A DNA stretch of 64,000 nucleotides from Deltaproteobacteria bacterium. Lineage in GTDB: Bacteria > Myxococcota_A > Polyangia > Fen-1088. A model generated the notes under the pieces. That model searched no databases. It was not told the origin of the DNA and saw only the letters and a program-made list of their open reading frames with translations. Positions 1 through 9,145 of the stretch are shown piece by piece. The stretch covers positions 288,001-352,000 of the forward strand of contig JANRKS010000005.1 in the NCBI GenBank assembly GCA_033763315.1, in the 5' to 3' direction. The translations under genes were made by a program, and so were the position numbers. Every line of letters starts with the position of its first letter. Positions within the stretch are counted from its first letter, which is position 1.

Positions 1-536
1 CTGCGTCCATAGACGCGTTTGAACGCTTCACCCACGTCATTGGTGGGGGTCACCGCCCCGGTTTGCTTTGGCTCACTCCATGAGATCAACAAGCGCGAGC
101 CGGAAGAGACCTTTTGTCCCAGAACCAACGGCTCTTGTTTGAGTTGCCGTGCGATCAACCAATCGGCCGAAGGCGAGCGGGGAATATAAAAGCCTCCATC
201 CTTGTCGGAGCTGCCGCGGCCGGTGAGCACGGCGGTGTTGCCACCTTGATGGCCATACCCCTTTTCAAGCCCCGCGCCGAGTCCGCCCACGATCAACATC
301 CGTCCTTTGTGCGCCTGCAGCGGCGCCAACACACCGGTCAGCGAGCCGAGCGCGCCTTCGCCAGGCCAATACCCTGAGGTGTTGGGCGTGCCGTGCGGGA
401 AAAACACGAACGCCACCTTATGCGGCACCGCGTTCGTGGCGGCCAAGCTTTGCAACTGATCAAAGAACGGTGCCAGCAAGGCGCCGGCGCCCGCCACTCG
501 CAAAAACCGTCGTCGTGTCTTGAGGATGGAATTCAT
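1..536 (-). CDS. DUF1552 family protein with Tat-like signal (3' end outside window)
   Basis: Not in the ORF track. Manual translation from ATG 536: MNSILKTRRRFLRVAGAGALLAPFF...KVAFVFFPHGT...GYGHQGG...SADWLIARQL. Twin-Arg motif, ATGA overlap with the upstream DUF1592 gene, same layout as 41301-42665. Confidence 0.85.
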   Translation of the reverse strand, partial: MNSILKTRRRFLRVAGAGALLAPFFDQLQSLAATNAVPHKVAFVFFPHGTPNTSGYWPGEGALGSLTGVLAPLQAHKGRMLIVGGLGAGLEKGYGHQGGNTAVLTGRGSSDKDGGFYIPRSPSADWLIARQLKQEPLVLGQKVSSGSRLLISWSEPKQTGAVTPTNDVGEAFKRVYGR

Positions 537-2293
537 AGTGATGTGCTCCGGGTAACAAACGCATCAGAGGTGACGAGCAACAGCGCCAAGGTTTTCAAGT
601 CACCTTTCGCCGCCATCCACGCCGCATGAATGTCGTTTACGTGGCACAGGTCGCCTTGCGTTTCGATGCGGCCGCTGACGAAGCGAAAGCCGTTAAGCGC
701 GAAGCATTCTTGTGCTTGCGACGACTTTGACAACTGGGCCGCCAAGCCCGCTAGATCGGAGAACATCCCGTTTGCATCGCGCGTGTCAACGATCTCACCC
801 GAAAGCTTCACGGGCGCGCCATTGTCCATCGTGCGGTAGCGGCCTTGTTCATCGAAGGCCTCAAAGGCATAACCCATGGGGTTGAACAAACGATGACAGG
901 CATTGCACGTGGAGGGTGCCATCGTCTTTTCATAGACGTCCCTGTTGGTCACCACATCGGCGCTGCGTGGCACCGTTTCCTGTTTGATGTTGGGTGGTGG
1001 CGGTGGCACAGGTGAACATAAGAAATTCTCGCGAACCATCACGCCGCGTTTGACGGGTGATGGATGATCCGTGCCGGCGTTTGCAAAATTTACGGCGCCT
1101 AAACTCAAGAGCCCCGCCAAGCCGCTCGGCAACGTGACGTTGGCCATTGTGGCGCCAGTGGCGGTGCCCAAATTGCGGAACTTGGCAGTGTCATTCGCAA
1201 CCGACAAAGACGTGTTGGTGAGCATCTGCGCGAACGTCGCCCCATTCTTTGTCAGGCCGCCGGCATAGTTTTGAAATTCTTCGCTAAGCGTGTTCATCAC
1301 TGTGCCAGCGTTCGCCACATCGTCTGCGCCTTCACGAGAGGCTATGCGAGAAGCGCGGCTTAAATCTGCCAACATGCCAACATAAAACCGCGCGAACCGC
1401 GCGTCGCCCATCATGCGCTCGGCTTGCGCTTTGATGTCGTCGCTCGTGTTCAGCTTGCCTGCGGCCGCCGCTTGCAATAGCTCTGCATCGGGGCCCGTTT
1501 GCCACAAAGTGAAAGCCAACGCCGTGGCCGTTTCGTTCGGCGTAAGACGTGCCACGCCGGTTTTTCCCGCCACCGGCGTGCCCAGTTCGCTGCGGTAAAG
1601 AAAATACGGCGACAACAGCATCGCATTGAGAACCGCCTGCGCGGCCTTCTCACCCGTGCCTCCGCTGGCGCTGATCGTCAGCGTGTAAAGCTTTTGATAA
1701 CGGGCTTGTTCAGCGTCATTCAACTTGCGGCGGAACAACGCGTTCGCCGCAAACTGAACCACCATGGGCGCGCAGGCCGCATCCAGTGTGGCGCACAAAT
1801 TCGCCGTTTTGACGGAAGGCACGGCTGCCGCCGCAATGTCTTTGGCCGCCAATTGCCACGATTCGGCGTCGGCTTTGCGAATCCGCAGCGAGGCGGCGTC
1901 GTTGTTAAACAGCAGGCCAGCTCCGTCGTTAAATGAAGCGAGCTGCGCGGCCGTTAAGTCCACAGCGAGCGCATCCTTTAAAGAGTTGCGAAGTTGATCG
2001 CGCGACAGACGCCACAACCGCGCGGGGCCCCAGGTGCCTTTCGAGCACATTTGCGCCAACGGCGCCGTGGATAAATCGGATAGGACCACGGGTGCGTCCG
2101 CACCGCCGGCCCCCCCGGCGGCTTGCTGGCCGCCTTGCCCGCCGCTGCCGCGACCACCTTCACCGTCGTCCACGGCGTCGGCCGTCACGGCGCCAGAGCA
2201 ACCGGAAGCGGCGATGGCCAACGCCAGAACGTGAGTTCTGGGGAATTTGACGCACGCTCGCTTGTTTGTCCTTGAACGACCTAAGAACCACAT
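533..2293 (-). CDS. DUF1592/DUF1588/DUF1595-type lipoprotein with one c-type heme motif
   Basis: Lipobox-like AASGC, Gly/Ala linker, RLSRDQLRNSL, MLLSPYFLYRSE, SPVKRGVMVRENFLC, PPPPP, CNACH, GYAFEAFD. Confidence 0.9.
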   Translation of the reverse strand: MWFLGRSRTNKRACVKFPRTHVLALAIAASGCSGAVTADAVDDGEGGRGSGGQGGQQAAGGAGGADAPVVLSDLSTAPLAQMCSKGTWGPARLWRLSRDQLRNSLKDALAVDLTAAQLASFNDGAGLLFNNDAASLRIRKADAESWQLAAKDIAAAAVPSVKTANLCATLDAACAPMVVQFAANALFRRKLNDAEQARYQKLYTLTISASGGTGEKAAQAVLNAMLLSPYFLYRSELGTPVAGKTGVARLTPNETATALAFTLWQTGPDAELLQAAAAGKLNTSDDIKAQAERMMGDARFARFYVGMLADLSRASRIASREGADDVANAGTVMNTLSEEFQNYAGGLTKNGATFAQMLTNTSLSVANDTAKFRNLGTATGATMANVTLPSGLAGLLSLGAVNFANAGTDHPSPVKRGVMVRENFLCSPVPPPPPNIKQETVPRSADVVTNRDVYEKTMAPSTCNACHRLFNPMGYAFEAFDEQGRYRTMDNGAPVKLSGEIVDTRDANGMFSDLAGLAAQLSKSSQAQECFALNGFRFVSGRIETQGDLCHVNDIHAAWMAAKGDLKTLALLLVTSDAFVTRSTSL

Positions 2294-2301
2294 GAGTATG
2301 T

Positions 2302-2329
2302 TCGTGATAGATCTTTCGCTGTTGTTTCA
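2302..2329 (-). promoter_or_regulatory. Candidate ECF promoter TGAAACAA-N15-CACGA upstream of the DUF1592 gene
   Basis: Same motif and spacing as 3248-3275, upstream of the neighbouring ECF sigma gene. Confidence 0.45.
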
Positions 2330-2359
2330 GACGGGCCACTATTTTTTTTTCGAGCCGCC

Positions 2360-3232
2360 ATGGTGTCGACGTTGTTTGTTTTTTCCGCGTGGCTGTTTCA
2401 CCTTGCCGCGGTGACGGTTGAGGGCAGCACCGTGTGCCCCCCACCGGAGGCGGTGCAGGGGCTTGTGGCCGCGATGCTGGACGGCCAGCCGGTCCCGTCC
2501 ACAGGGGCCCGACGGGCGTCGCTCTCACAAAACAATCGTGGGCTCTTGGTGACTTTGCGAGGCGCAGATGGGGCCGTGCTGGCGGAAAAACAATTTCTTG
2601 CGTCTGCTGGATGCGACGATTTGGCGTCAGCTGCGGCGGTGGTGATCGCTACGTGGTTGGGCGAGCTCGCTGGCGAAACGGACTTAACGCTGCAAGCCTT
2701 GCCACGTGAGCCCGCCCCGCCTGTGGCCGTGGTACGGCCTTGGGAATGGCGGTTGTCGGCCGCGGCGGCGCTCACGCGCGCGGGCAGCTCATTGGCGCCG
2801 GGCTTATGGATAGACGCTTCTGCGGGGCGCGGCGCTCTCTTGCAAGGCGTGGCCGCCGCCTTTGTCGAAGGCGCTCACGAACAGACGCTGGGCATAGGCC
2901 AAGCGGGGTGGCAACGCACTGGCTTAGGTGCGGGGCCGCGGTTGCTGTGGCAGGCGCATCATTTGTGGGTGGGTGGGGATGTGTTGGGACACGTGGCGTG
3001 GTTACGTCTGCGCGGTGAAGGCCAGCCACAAAACGTCAAGGATCAGGCGTTCGACATGGGCGTGACGGCCGCCCTGCGCGTCGGTTGGCAGATGGGGTCG
3101 TGGTCGCCTTTCTTGTCGTTTCTTGGGGGGCGCTCGTTGGTTAGTCGTACCTTAGCGGTAGAACCTGCTGGCGAAGCCCACATGCCGGCCACCCTGCTGG
3201 CCCTGATGGCCGGGTTTTCGTGGCGTCTGTAA
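2360..3232 (+). CDS. Exported protein with probable C-terminal outer-membrane beta-barrel (ECF cassette partner)
   Basis: Signal-like N-terminus, CPPP...C domain, amphipathic Trp/Gly-rich strands ending AGFSWRL. Confidence 0.6.
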   Translation: MVSTLFVFSAWLFHLAAVTVEGSTVCPPPEAVQGLVAAMLDGQPVPSTGARRASLSQNNRGLLVTLRGADGAVLAEKQFLASAGCDDLASAAAVVIATWLGELAGETDLTLQALPREPAPPVAVVRPWEWRLSAAAALTRAGSSLAPGLWIDASAGRGALLQGVAAAFVEGAHEQTLGIGQAGWQRTGLGAGPRLLWQAHHLWVGGDVLGHVAWLRLRGEGQPQNVKDQAFDMGVTAALRVGWQMGSWSPFLSFLGGRSLVSRTLAVEPAGEAHMPATLLALMAGFSWRL

Positions 3233-3247
3233 TTTTTGTCGGCACAA

Positions 3248-3275
3248 TGAAACAATCTTTGGGGCCGCGACACCA
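3248..3275 (+). promoter_or_regulatory. Candidate autoregulatory ECF promoter TGAAACAA-N15-CACCA
   Basis: Lies just before ATG 3282; second copy at 2302-2329 on the minus strand. Confidence 0.45.
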
Positions 3276-3281
3276 GATCCG

Positions 3282-3917
3282 ATGACGGCACCGCGCCGCC
3301 AGGAGATTGTGGTGGTGGCCTTTTGTGAACAGCTTTGTGTGCAGTTAATGGATCGGGATCGCGAGCGGGAGCTTGGCTTGGTGACACAAGGCGATCGCCC
3401 TGCGGGCATCGCGGAGCTTTACCGCGCGCACGGCAAACAAGTGACACGGTGGGCCGCTCGCCTGGCGGGCCCGTCGCTTGAAGTGGACGACATTGTCCAA
3501 GAAGTCTTCCTGGTGGCACATCAACAGCTGGCGACGTTTCGGGGCGACTCACAGTTAAGCACGTGGCTGTTTGGCATCACAGCCAATGTGGTTCGTCACA
3601 GGCGACGAAAAGAGCGCGTGCGGCGTTGGTTAATGGGGCTTGTTTCTGCTGAACCTGTGCCCATGCCTTCGCGCCCCACGCCCGTCGAAGTGTTGCTTCG
3701 CAACGAAGCCTCCGCCACCGTTTACCGCGCGCTGCAAACGCTGCCCGACAAATACCGCACGCCGTTTGTGTTGTTTGAACTGGAAGGTCTTTCGGGGCAG
3801 CAGATCTGCGAGCTCACAGGCATCAACCCAAGCACCTTGCGCGTGCACCTGCTGCGCGCGCGGCAACGTTTCGCCGAGGCCGTGCGCGCCTTGGCGGCAA
3901 AGGAGCCGCAATCATGA
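3282..3917 (+). CDS. ECF RNA polymerase sigma factor
   Basis: Region 2 DDIVQEVFL...FRGDSQLSTWLFGIT; region 4 LPDKYRTPFVLFELEGLS...LRVHLLRAR. Alternative start at 3348. Confidence 0.93.
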   Translation: MTAPRRQEIVVVAFCEQLCVQLMDRDRERELGLVTQGDRPAGIAELYRAHGKQVTRWAARLAGPSLEVDDIVQEVFLVAHQQLATFRGDSQLSTWLFGITANVVRHRRRKERVRRWLMGLVSAEPVPMPSRPTPVEVLLRNEASATVYRALQTLPDKYRTPFVLFELEGLSGQQICELTGINPSTLRVHLLRARQRFAEAVRALAAKEPQS

Positions 3918-4876
3918 TCTCACGAACCCCCGATGCCATGCTCGGTGCCCGATTGCGTGACGGTGCCGAAGGCGATCCGGCCCGGCCTGCGAACGGCGAC
4001 GTGGCGCAACTTTTGTTTTTGGCGTCACAAGAGCCGATGCCGCGCGAACCAAGTTGGTCAACCATCGAGCGGAACGTTCTGCCTCAGCCGCTGCATAGGC
4101 GCGGGCGCTGGGCGTGGCCCGCGATCGCGCTGACGTCGATTGTGATGGCGGCCTCCGCTACGGCCGGTCCGGCTCTGTGGCGTTGGCTGCGGCCCGACGT
4201 TCCCGAACTCACGCCTGTGCCAACCGTGCGACCCTACCGCGCGGCCGCTCCAACACCTGGTTTGCTGCGCCAAAGCAGCAACGAGGTTGGCGCTGTGATG
4301 GGGCGGCCGGCGCGCGCGGCGAAGCCTCGGCCACGTGCCGTCGCTATGGTGCAAGCACGCTCTGTGGTGCCGGCTGAACCCGCAGGCCCCTCATCGTTGG
4401 CGCAGGAGTCGCGCCTCTTGGGCGAAGCGATCACAGCGTTGCGCAAAGACAACAGTCCCACGCTGGCTTTGCAGCGCCTCGACGAATACGCACAGCGTTT
4501 TCCCGCCGGCGAGCTGGGGGCTGAAGCACGGCACACAAAAGTGCAAGCGCTCCTCATGCAAAAGCGCACGGCCCCGGCGCTGGCGTTGCTTGATGAGATG
4601 ACCTTCTCGTCGCGTGCGCGCGACATGGAAGCGCTGACTCTGCGTGGTGAGTTGCGTGCACAGGCGCATCGATGCGCCCAGGCCGAAGAAGACTTTGCAA
4701 CGGTTCTTTCGCGCACAGGCACGGGCGCGCTTGCCGAACGCGCTTTGTTTGGGCGCGCTACGTGTTTGCGCGAGCAAGGCCAAACCGCTGCCGCGCGCGC
4801 CACACTCGAAGAGTATCTGCAACGCTTTGCCGCAGGCGCCCACGTGGCGCAGGCCAAACGAGCTTTGGGTCGCTAA
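3914..4876 (+). CDS. Putative transmembrane anti-sigma factor with C-terminal TPR-like helical domain
   Basis: ATGA-coupled to the sigma gene; one TM segment, Pro/Ala linker, LAQESRLL...LDEYAQRFPAGEL and EEYLQRF repeats. Confidence 0.75.
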   Translation: MISRTPDAMLGARLRDGAEGDPARPANGDVAQLLFLASQEPMPREPSWSTIERNVLPQPLHRRGRWAWPAIALTSIVMAASATAGPALWRWLRPDVPELTPVPTVRPYRAAAPTPGLLRQSSNEVGAVMGRPARAAKPRPRAVAMVQARSVVPAEPAGPSSLAQESRLLGEAITALRKDNSPTLALQRLDEYAQRFPAGELGAEARHTKVQALLMQKRTAPALALLDEMTFSSRARDMEALTLRGELRAQAHRCAQAEEDFATVLSRTGTGALAERALFGRATCLREQGQTAAARATLEEYLQRFAAGAHVAQAKRALGR

Positions 4877-4887
4877 GCTTGGCGTCC

Positions 4888-6237
4888 ATGAGATGGGCGC
4901 TCGTTGTGACGATGCTGGTGTGCGCAGCTTGCGATGCACGTCACGTGCTTGGACGCGCCACCCGCGAAGCCCCGTGTGGCAGCTTCGTGGCGGGCCCCGA
5001 TTTGGCCGTATGCTCCGCTGGATTCGTTGGCGCTGAGGCACCCGCTGTGGCCGTGGGCGCCGATGGTGCCCTGGTGCTGGCCATGCAAGATCTCGCCGGC
5101 GTGAGCGGCGGCACCTCCCACTTGATCGCCGTTGGCAAGGCTGGCTTTGTCCGTGTTTTGCCGCGCACGCGGCAAGTGTTGTCGCGCACGATCTTGGGCG
5201 ATGTGGTGTTCGATTTAGAAGTCTCAACGCAACAAGGGTTTATCGCTGTCTTGGGCGCGCCCTGGGGCGTGGCGCTGTTTGAGGCCGATGGTGCCAAGCC
5301 ACTATTCACAGCGCCGATTCAAGCTTCACGCATAAGCGTGGGTGATGACGGTACCGTGGCTGTATGGGACAACGCTTCGGCCGCGATCACGGTTTTTGAT
5401 CGCACCGGCAAAAGGCTTGGCAGCTTCAGCTCGCGCGCCGTGGCAGGTGAGGGCGACGTTGCGGTGGACAGCGCAAACCGCCTGGTGGTGGTGGCAGGCC
5501 AAAGCGACGGCCGTCCGGTGTGTGATGCAATTGATTATCAAGGCAACCCGCGATGGAAGAACTATGATTGGCCCGCGGGTCTCGCCGAAAGCGAGGAACT
5601 AAGGGCTGTTTCAAAAGGGGTCCGTATTCACGTCGGCCGCGACGGAGCGCTCTATTTGTTGGGTGAGAGCAACGGCGGCAACACCGTGTTTAGCCGCGAC
5701 CCACGCGTGTTCGCAGAGCCAGCCCCATCCGTGAGTTACGACGAGTTCAACACCCCCTACAACACCAGCAAAGCGATCACCTTCGTCGGGCGCTTCGCGC
5801 CTCGCACGGGTGAGCTCATGCTTGGCCAATTGTTGCTTGCACGCGCCGAAGGCCCAGCGCCACGCAAGGGCGTGGCCACTATGGCCAGTGATATCGCGGC
5901 AGATGAACAGGGCCAGGTTATGGTGGCCGTGGCGCACCCTTGTTGCGGGCCTGCTTTCAAAGAGCGCAAAGTGGCGGGACGCACGTTGATCGCGTCGTCG
6001 TCAGATTTCGCGGTCGTGATCTTGGGTCAAGACTTTCGCATCCGTGCCTTGTGGACGACCTTCGGCACGGGCGGCGCCTCCGTGGCTGCGGGCGTGGCCT
6101 TCGGCGCCGGCGTGGCTGCAGTGACAGGTCTGCAAGGCGCGGTCGAAAGCGGGATGGGGCCTTTGGTGACCCAGCAACCGCTGTTTCCGTCAATCGCAGC
6201 CAACGGCGGTTATGTCGCGTTTTGGCCGGCGCCTTAA
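4888..6237 (+). CDS. Lipoprotein, probable beta-propeller
   Basis: Start refined to MRWALVVTMLVCAAC (lipobox); repeated VAVxxDG-like blade motifs. Confidence 0.65.
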   Translation: MRWALVVTMLVCAACDARHVLGRATREAPCGSFVAGPDLAVCSAGFVGAEAPAVAVGADGALVLAMQDLAGVSGGTSHLIAVGKAGFVRVLPRTRQVLSRTILGDVVFDLEVSTQQGFIAVLGAPWGVALFEADGAKPLFTAPIQASRISVGDDGTVAVWDNASAAITVFDRTGKRLGSFSSRAVAGEGDVAVDSANRLVVVAGQSDGRPVCDAIDYQGNPRWKNYDWPAGLAESEELRAVSKGVRIHVGRDGALYLLGESNGGNTVFSRDPRVFAEPAPSVSYDEFNTPYNTSKAITFVGRFAPRTGELMLGQLLLARAEGPAPRKGVATMASDIAADEQGQVMVAVAHPCCGPAFKERKVAGRTLIASSSDFAVVILGQDFRIRALWTTFGTGGASVAAGVAFGAGVAAVTGLQGAVESGMGPLVTQQPLFPSIAANGGYVAFWPAP

Positions 6238-6238
6238 G

Positions 6239-6586
6239 CTAAGAGTCGCTTTTCTTCTCGCCGTAAGGGCCGGTATCCACGCGGATGAGGCGGCCATTCT
6301 CGAAGACCACATATCTGATCAATCGGTTGGTGCCAAAGTCATACGTCCACCGTTCGTACTTGACCTCAACGGTGCGTTCGACCCAGAGGTTCCCCTCCTT
6401 CACCCTGACGGAGCTGTATTCCACCCAGGTGGTCGCGTCGTCGGGTTGACCGCAACGCGCTTGAACGAGATACGTCGAATCGCCAGTAGACACCAAGCGC
6501 GTTCCGCAGCGCAGGCCGTCCGCGCGAGCCGCACTCAATCCGCTCAGCATCACACATAGGGCGCCTACGCAAACCAATGTCTTCAT
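6239..6586 (-). CDS. DUF2845 family protein
   Basis: Signal peptide, then LRCGTRLVSTGD...ARCGQP...ERWTYDFG...FENGRL. Confidence 0.85.
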   Translation of the reverse strand: MKTLVCVGALCVMLSGLSAARADGLRCGTRLVSTGDSTYLVQARCGQPDDATTWVEYSSVRVKEGNLWVERTVEVKYERWTYDFGTNRLIRYVVFENGRLIRVDTGPYGEKKSDS

Positions 6587-6613
6587 GGCGTTTGGTTCCT
6601 TGATGTGATGTTA

Positions 6614-6707
6614 CGCAACAAGGTTGCGCCGGGGCGAGGGCATTTTCGCCCGCCCCCCTGCGACAACCTTGGCGCAAGCCTGGGCGGATCTGGCGCAACC
6701 GGCTGCG
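6614..6707. promoter_or_regulatory. Repeated palindromic sites, candidate enhancer-binding-protein UAS
   Basis: CGCAAC-AAG-GTTGCG (6614-6628), TGCGACA-ACCT-TGGCGCA (6659-6676), CGCAACCGGCTGCG (6694-6707), upstream of a sigma54 site. Confidence 0.5.
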
Positions 6708-6756
6708 GCCCCCTGCGCGCAACGTTCGAAAAAACCAGGGCTACTTGCAGATTGGG

Positions 6757-6773
6757 TTGGCCTGCCTCTTGCT
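6757..6773 (+). promoter_or_regulatory. sigma54 (-24/-12) promoter
   Basis: TTGGCCTGCCTCTTGCT: GG-N10-GC with TGGC and TTGC flanks, just before ATG 6787. Confidence 0.7.
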
Positions 6774-6786
6774 GTGGTGACGGCTC

Positions 6787-8430
6787 ATGCCGTTGACCAG
6801 AAGTGCAGTTCTATTCTTGGTGATGGGCTTTGCGCCCTCCGCGTTCGCCGCAAAAATCAGCGTGGACTGGAACAAGCCCACGGGCGCTGAATCCACGTCG
6901 GCGCAATATGGCCTCAATTTGTTTAAGGTCTATAACCCAAGCGTCTCGCAACAGAACCCAGCGTACAAACGCGAGCTCGCACGCATGGCGCCCGGCATGC
7001 TTCGCATCCACTCGTGGAACATGATGGGCGATTCGGCCAGCGGCGATGGCTGGATCCGCGATGGCGTCAAAGCCTCCTACGCTTGGGACGAAACGAAGAT
7101 CGTCGCGGCGCTCAAAGACGTCACGCCAGTGGGCTCGCTTGCCATGATGAACATCCCTGCGTGGCCAAGTTTCTTGGGTTCGTCAGATAAACCTTTGGAC
7201 CCGAGCAAGCTCGATGCGTTCGCCGACTTCTGTGCGCAGCTGGTGCAGATCGTAAACGTGAAAGCCAAATACGGCATCAAGTATTGGGAAGTCACCAATG
7301 AACGTGATGGCGTCTACAGCGGCAAAGGCGCCGACTTGGCGGCGGTGGTGTTGGCTGCGGCGAAGGCGATGCGCAAAGTTGATCCCACGATCAAAGTGGG
7401 CGGGCCGGCGTTCACGCAACCATGGCACCAAACGGTTGGCGACTTTTTAACGGCCTCGGTCGCGCAGTTGGATTTTATCTCCTATCACACGTATTCCACG
7501 GGCGATGGCAAGGCGCCTTTGCAGGGCTTGTTTGACAGTGCCGCAGGCTTGGGCGGCATCGCCAAATACATGCGTGGCGAAATCGCCAAGCGAACCACAC
7601 GCAAGCTTGAAGTCTTTCACAACGAATACAACATTTCGTGGGCGCCTCCCGACGCGCGCATGAACGGCGTCGAAGGCGCGGTGTTTGACGCCTTGGCATT
7701 GATGAGTTTCGCGGGCTCGGAAGTTGCGGGCAGCGCCGCGTGGAATGAAGCGGATGGTTGGTACGGTAAGTTGGACGGCGAGCTGAATCCGCGCCCCGCC
7801 TCATACGTCTTCGAGCTATTCAATCGTCTCGCCGTAGGTAAGGTCGTGAAGGCGAGCAGCGACGATGACAAAACGGTAAGTGCCATGGCTGTAAGCAGGG
7901 GCGATGCAAAGGCCTTGTTCCTCGTCAATCGAACAACGGCGGCCGTGATGGCGGATGTCACCGGTTTCGATGATCGTCAAACAAGCGCCATGCAGGTGAC
8001 GAAGGATGGCCGCGCAGCGGTGACCGTGGCGCGCACGGGCGCCGTGAACTTGCCCCCGCTGTCGCTGACGGTGTTAACCGCTGGGCAAGCCTCGTCGGGA
8101 GCGGGCGGGCAGGGCGGCATGGCACAAGCGCAAGGTGGTGCGGGCGGGGCCGTTGTCACAGGCACGGCGGGGGCGGGCGGGGCCGCATCTGCGTCCCAGG
8201 GGGGAGACGTGGGCAATGCTCGCGGAGGCAGCAGTGGCGGGGCGGCGGGGGCGTTCGCCGCTGGTGCAGATGCGGGCGGCGCAGGCGGGGCCGACGAGGG
8301 CGAGGCTGCGGACACCGAAGGTTCCGCATCTGGTTGTCTGTTTGCGTCACACGTGCCGCCGCAGGGGGGCTTGGCGTGGCTCACGCTTGTTGCTCTTTTG
8401 CTCTGGCGTGGCACACGCCGCCTGCAGTGA
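6787..8430 (+). CDS. GH39-like (clan GH-A) glycoside hydrolase with Gly/Ala linker and MYXO-CTERM-like anchor
   Basis: Signal peptide; YWEVTNE (acid/base), IKVGGPA, DFISYHTY, HNEYN (nucleophile); tail SGCLF...GLAWLTLVALLLWRGTRR. Confidence 0.8.
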   Translation: MPLTRSAVLFLVMGFAPSAFAAKISVDWNKPTGAESTSAQYGLNLFKVYNPSVSQQNPAYKRELARMAPGMLRIHSWNMMGDSASGDGWIRDGVKASYAWDETKIVAALKDVTPVGSLAMMNIPAWPSFLGSSDKPLDPSKLDAFADFCAQLVQIVNVKAKYGIKYWEVTNERDGVYSGKGADLAAVVLAAAKAMRKVDPTIKVGGPAFTQPWHQTVGDFLTASVAQLDFISYHTYSTGDGKAPLQGLFDSAAGLGGIAKYMRGEIAKRTTRKLEVFHNEYNISWAPPDARMNGVEGAVFDALALMSFAGSEVAGSAAWNEADGWYGKLDGELNPRPASYVFELFNRLAVGKVVKASSDDDKTVSAMAVSRGDAKALFLVNRTTAAVMADVTGFDDRQTSAMQVTKDGRAAVTVARTGAVNLPPLSLTVLTAGQASSGAGGQGGMAQAQGGAGGAVVTGTAGAGGAASASQGGDVGNARGGSSGGAAGAFAAGADAGGAGGADEGEAADTEGSASGCLFASHVPPQGGLAWLTLVALLLWRGTRRLQ

Positions 8431-8513
8431 ATTCGTGGGTCATATCGAGCGTCGCGACAGCCGTAGGCTAGGCCCGGCTTGAACAAAACTTGGCGCCATG
8501 TTTATCCTCTCGT

Positions 8514-9131
8514 ATGCCTCGCTTGCGTTCATGCCTTTGTCTAACTTTGATCGGTGTTTCCGTCTTTCAGTGTCTGCCTGTCTTGGCGGCGGATGAACCA
8601 GAAGCAACTTCGGCGGAGGCGCCGCCGCCTCCCCCTCCGGCCGCCGACCCCGCGCCCCCATCTGGGGGCTGGAAGTGGAAGGGAGCCACCCGTGAGTCAA
8701 CGCGCTTATCCCTGCTTGAACGCAGCAAAAGCTTGCGTGAGCAAATTGAAGACCTTCGGCAAGAGCGCGCTCAATACGGGATCGCCGGCCCCATTGTTCT
8801 ATTGGGCATTGGTGGTGGCCTGATGTTGACGGGCCTCGTCTTCTATTCGGCGGCCACTGATTGCCAGGACGCTTATAACTCAAGCTACGATTCAGGATGT
8901 TCGGGTGCTGACGACGTGAAAACGTTCGGGGCCGTGTTGGGCATCAGTGGCGTGGTGCTCGGGACCATCGGTCTCATGAAGATCAGCGAACGCTCGGGCC
9001 CCCGTCGCGAATTGGGTGAGCAGATCAAGTCGAAGCGTGCGGAACTGCGATCCGTGGAAGAGAGCCTGCGCTTCTCGGTGATCACGGGCCCGCACAACAC
9101 GCGCGGTTTATCGTTGGCGTTGCGCTTCTGA
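8514..9131 (+). CDS. Exported/membrane hypothetical protein
   Basis: Signal peptide, Pro-rich linker, coiled coil, two hydrophobic segments flanking a Cys pair, C-terminus GLSLALRF. Confidence 0.65.
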   Translation: MPRLRSCLCLTLIGVSVFQCLPVLAADEPEATSAEAPPPPPPAADPAPPSGGWKWKGATRESTRLSLLERSKSLREQIEDLRQERAQYGIAGPIVLLGIGGGLMLTGLVFYSAATDCQDAYNSSYDSGCSGADDVKTFGAVLGISGVVLGTIGLMKISERSGPRRELGEQIKSKRAELRSVEESLRFSVITGPHNTRGLSLALRF

Positions 9132-9145
9132 TCCGGCGCGGCCGC

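Noticed and set aside
8090-8310. G-rich low-complexity tract as a non-coding repeat or G-quadruplex element
   Set aside because: Explained by the in-frame Gly/Ala linker of the GH39-like protein
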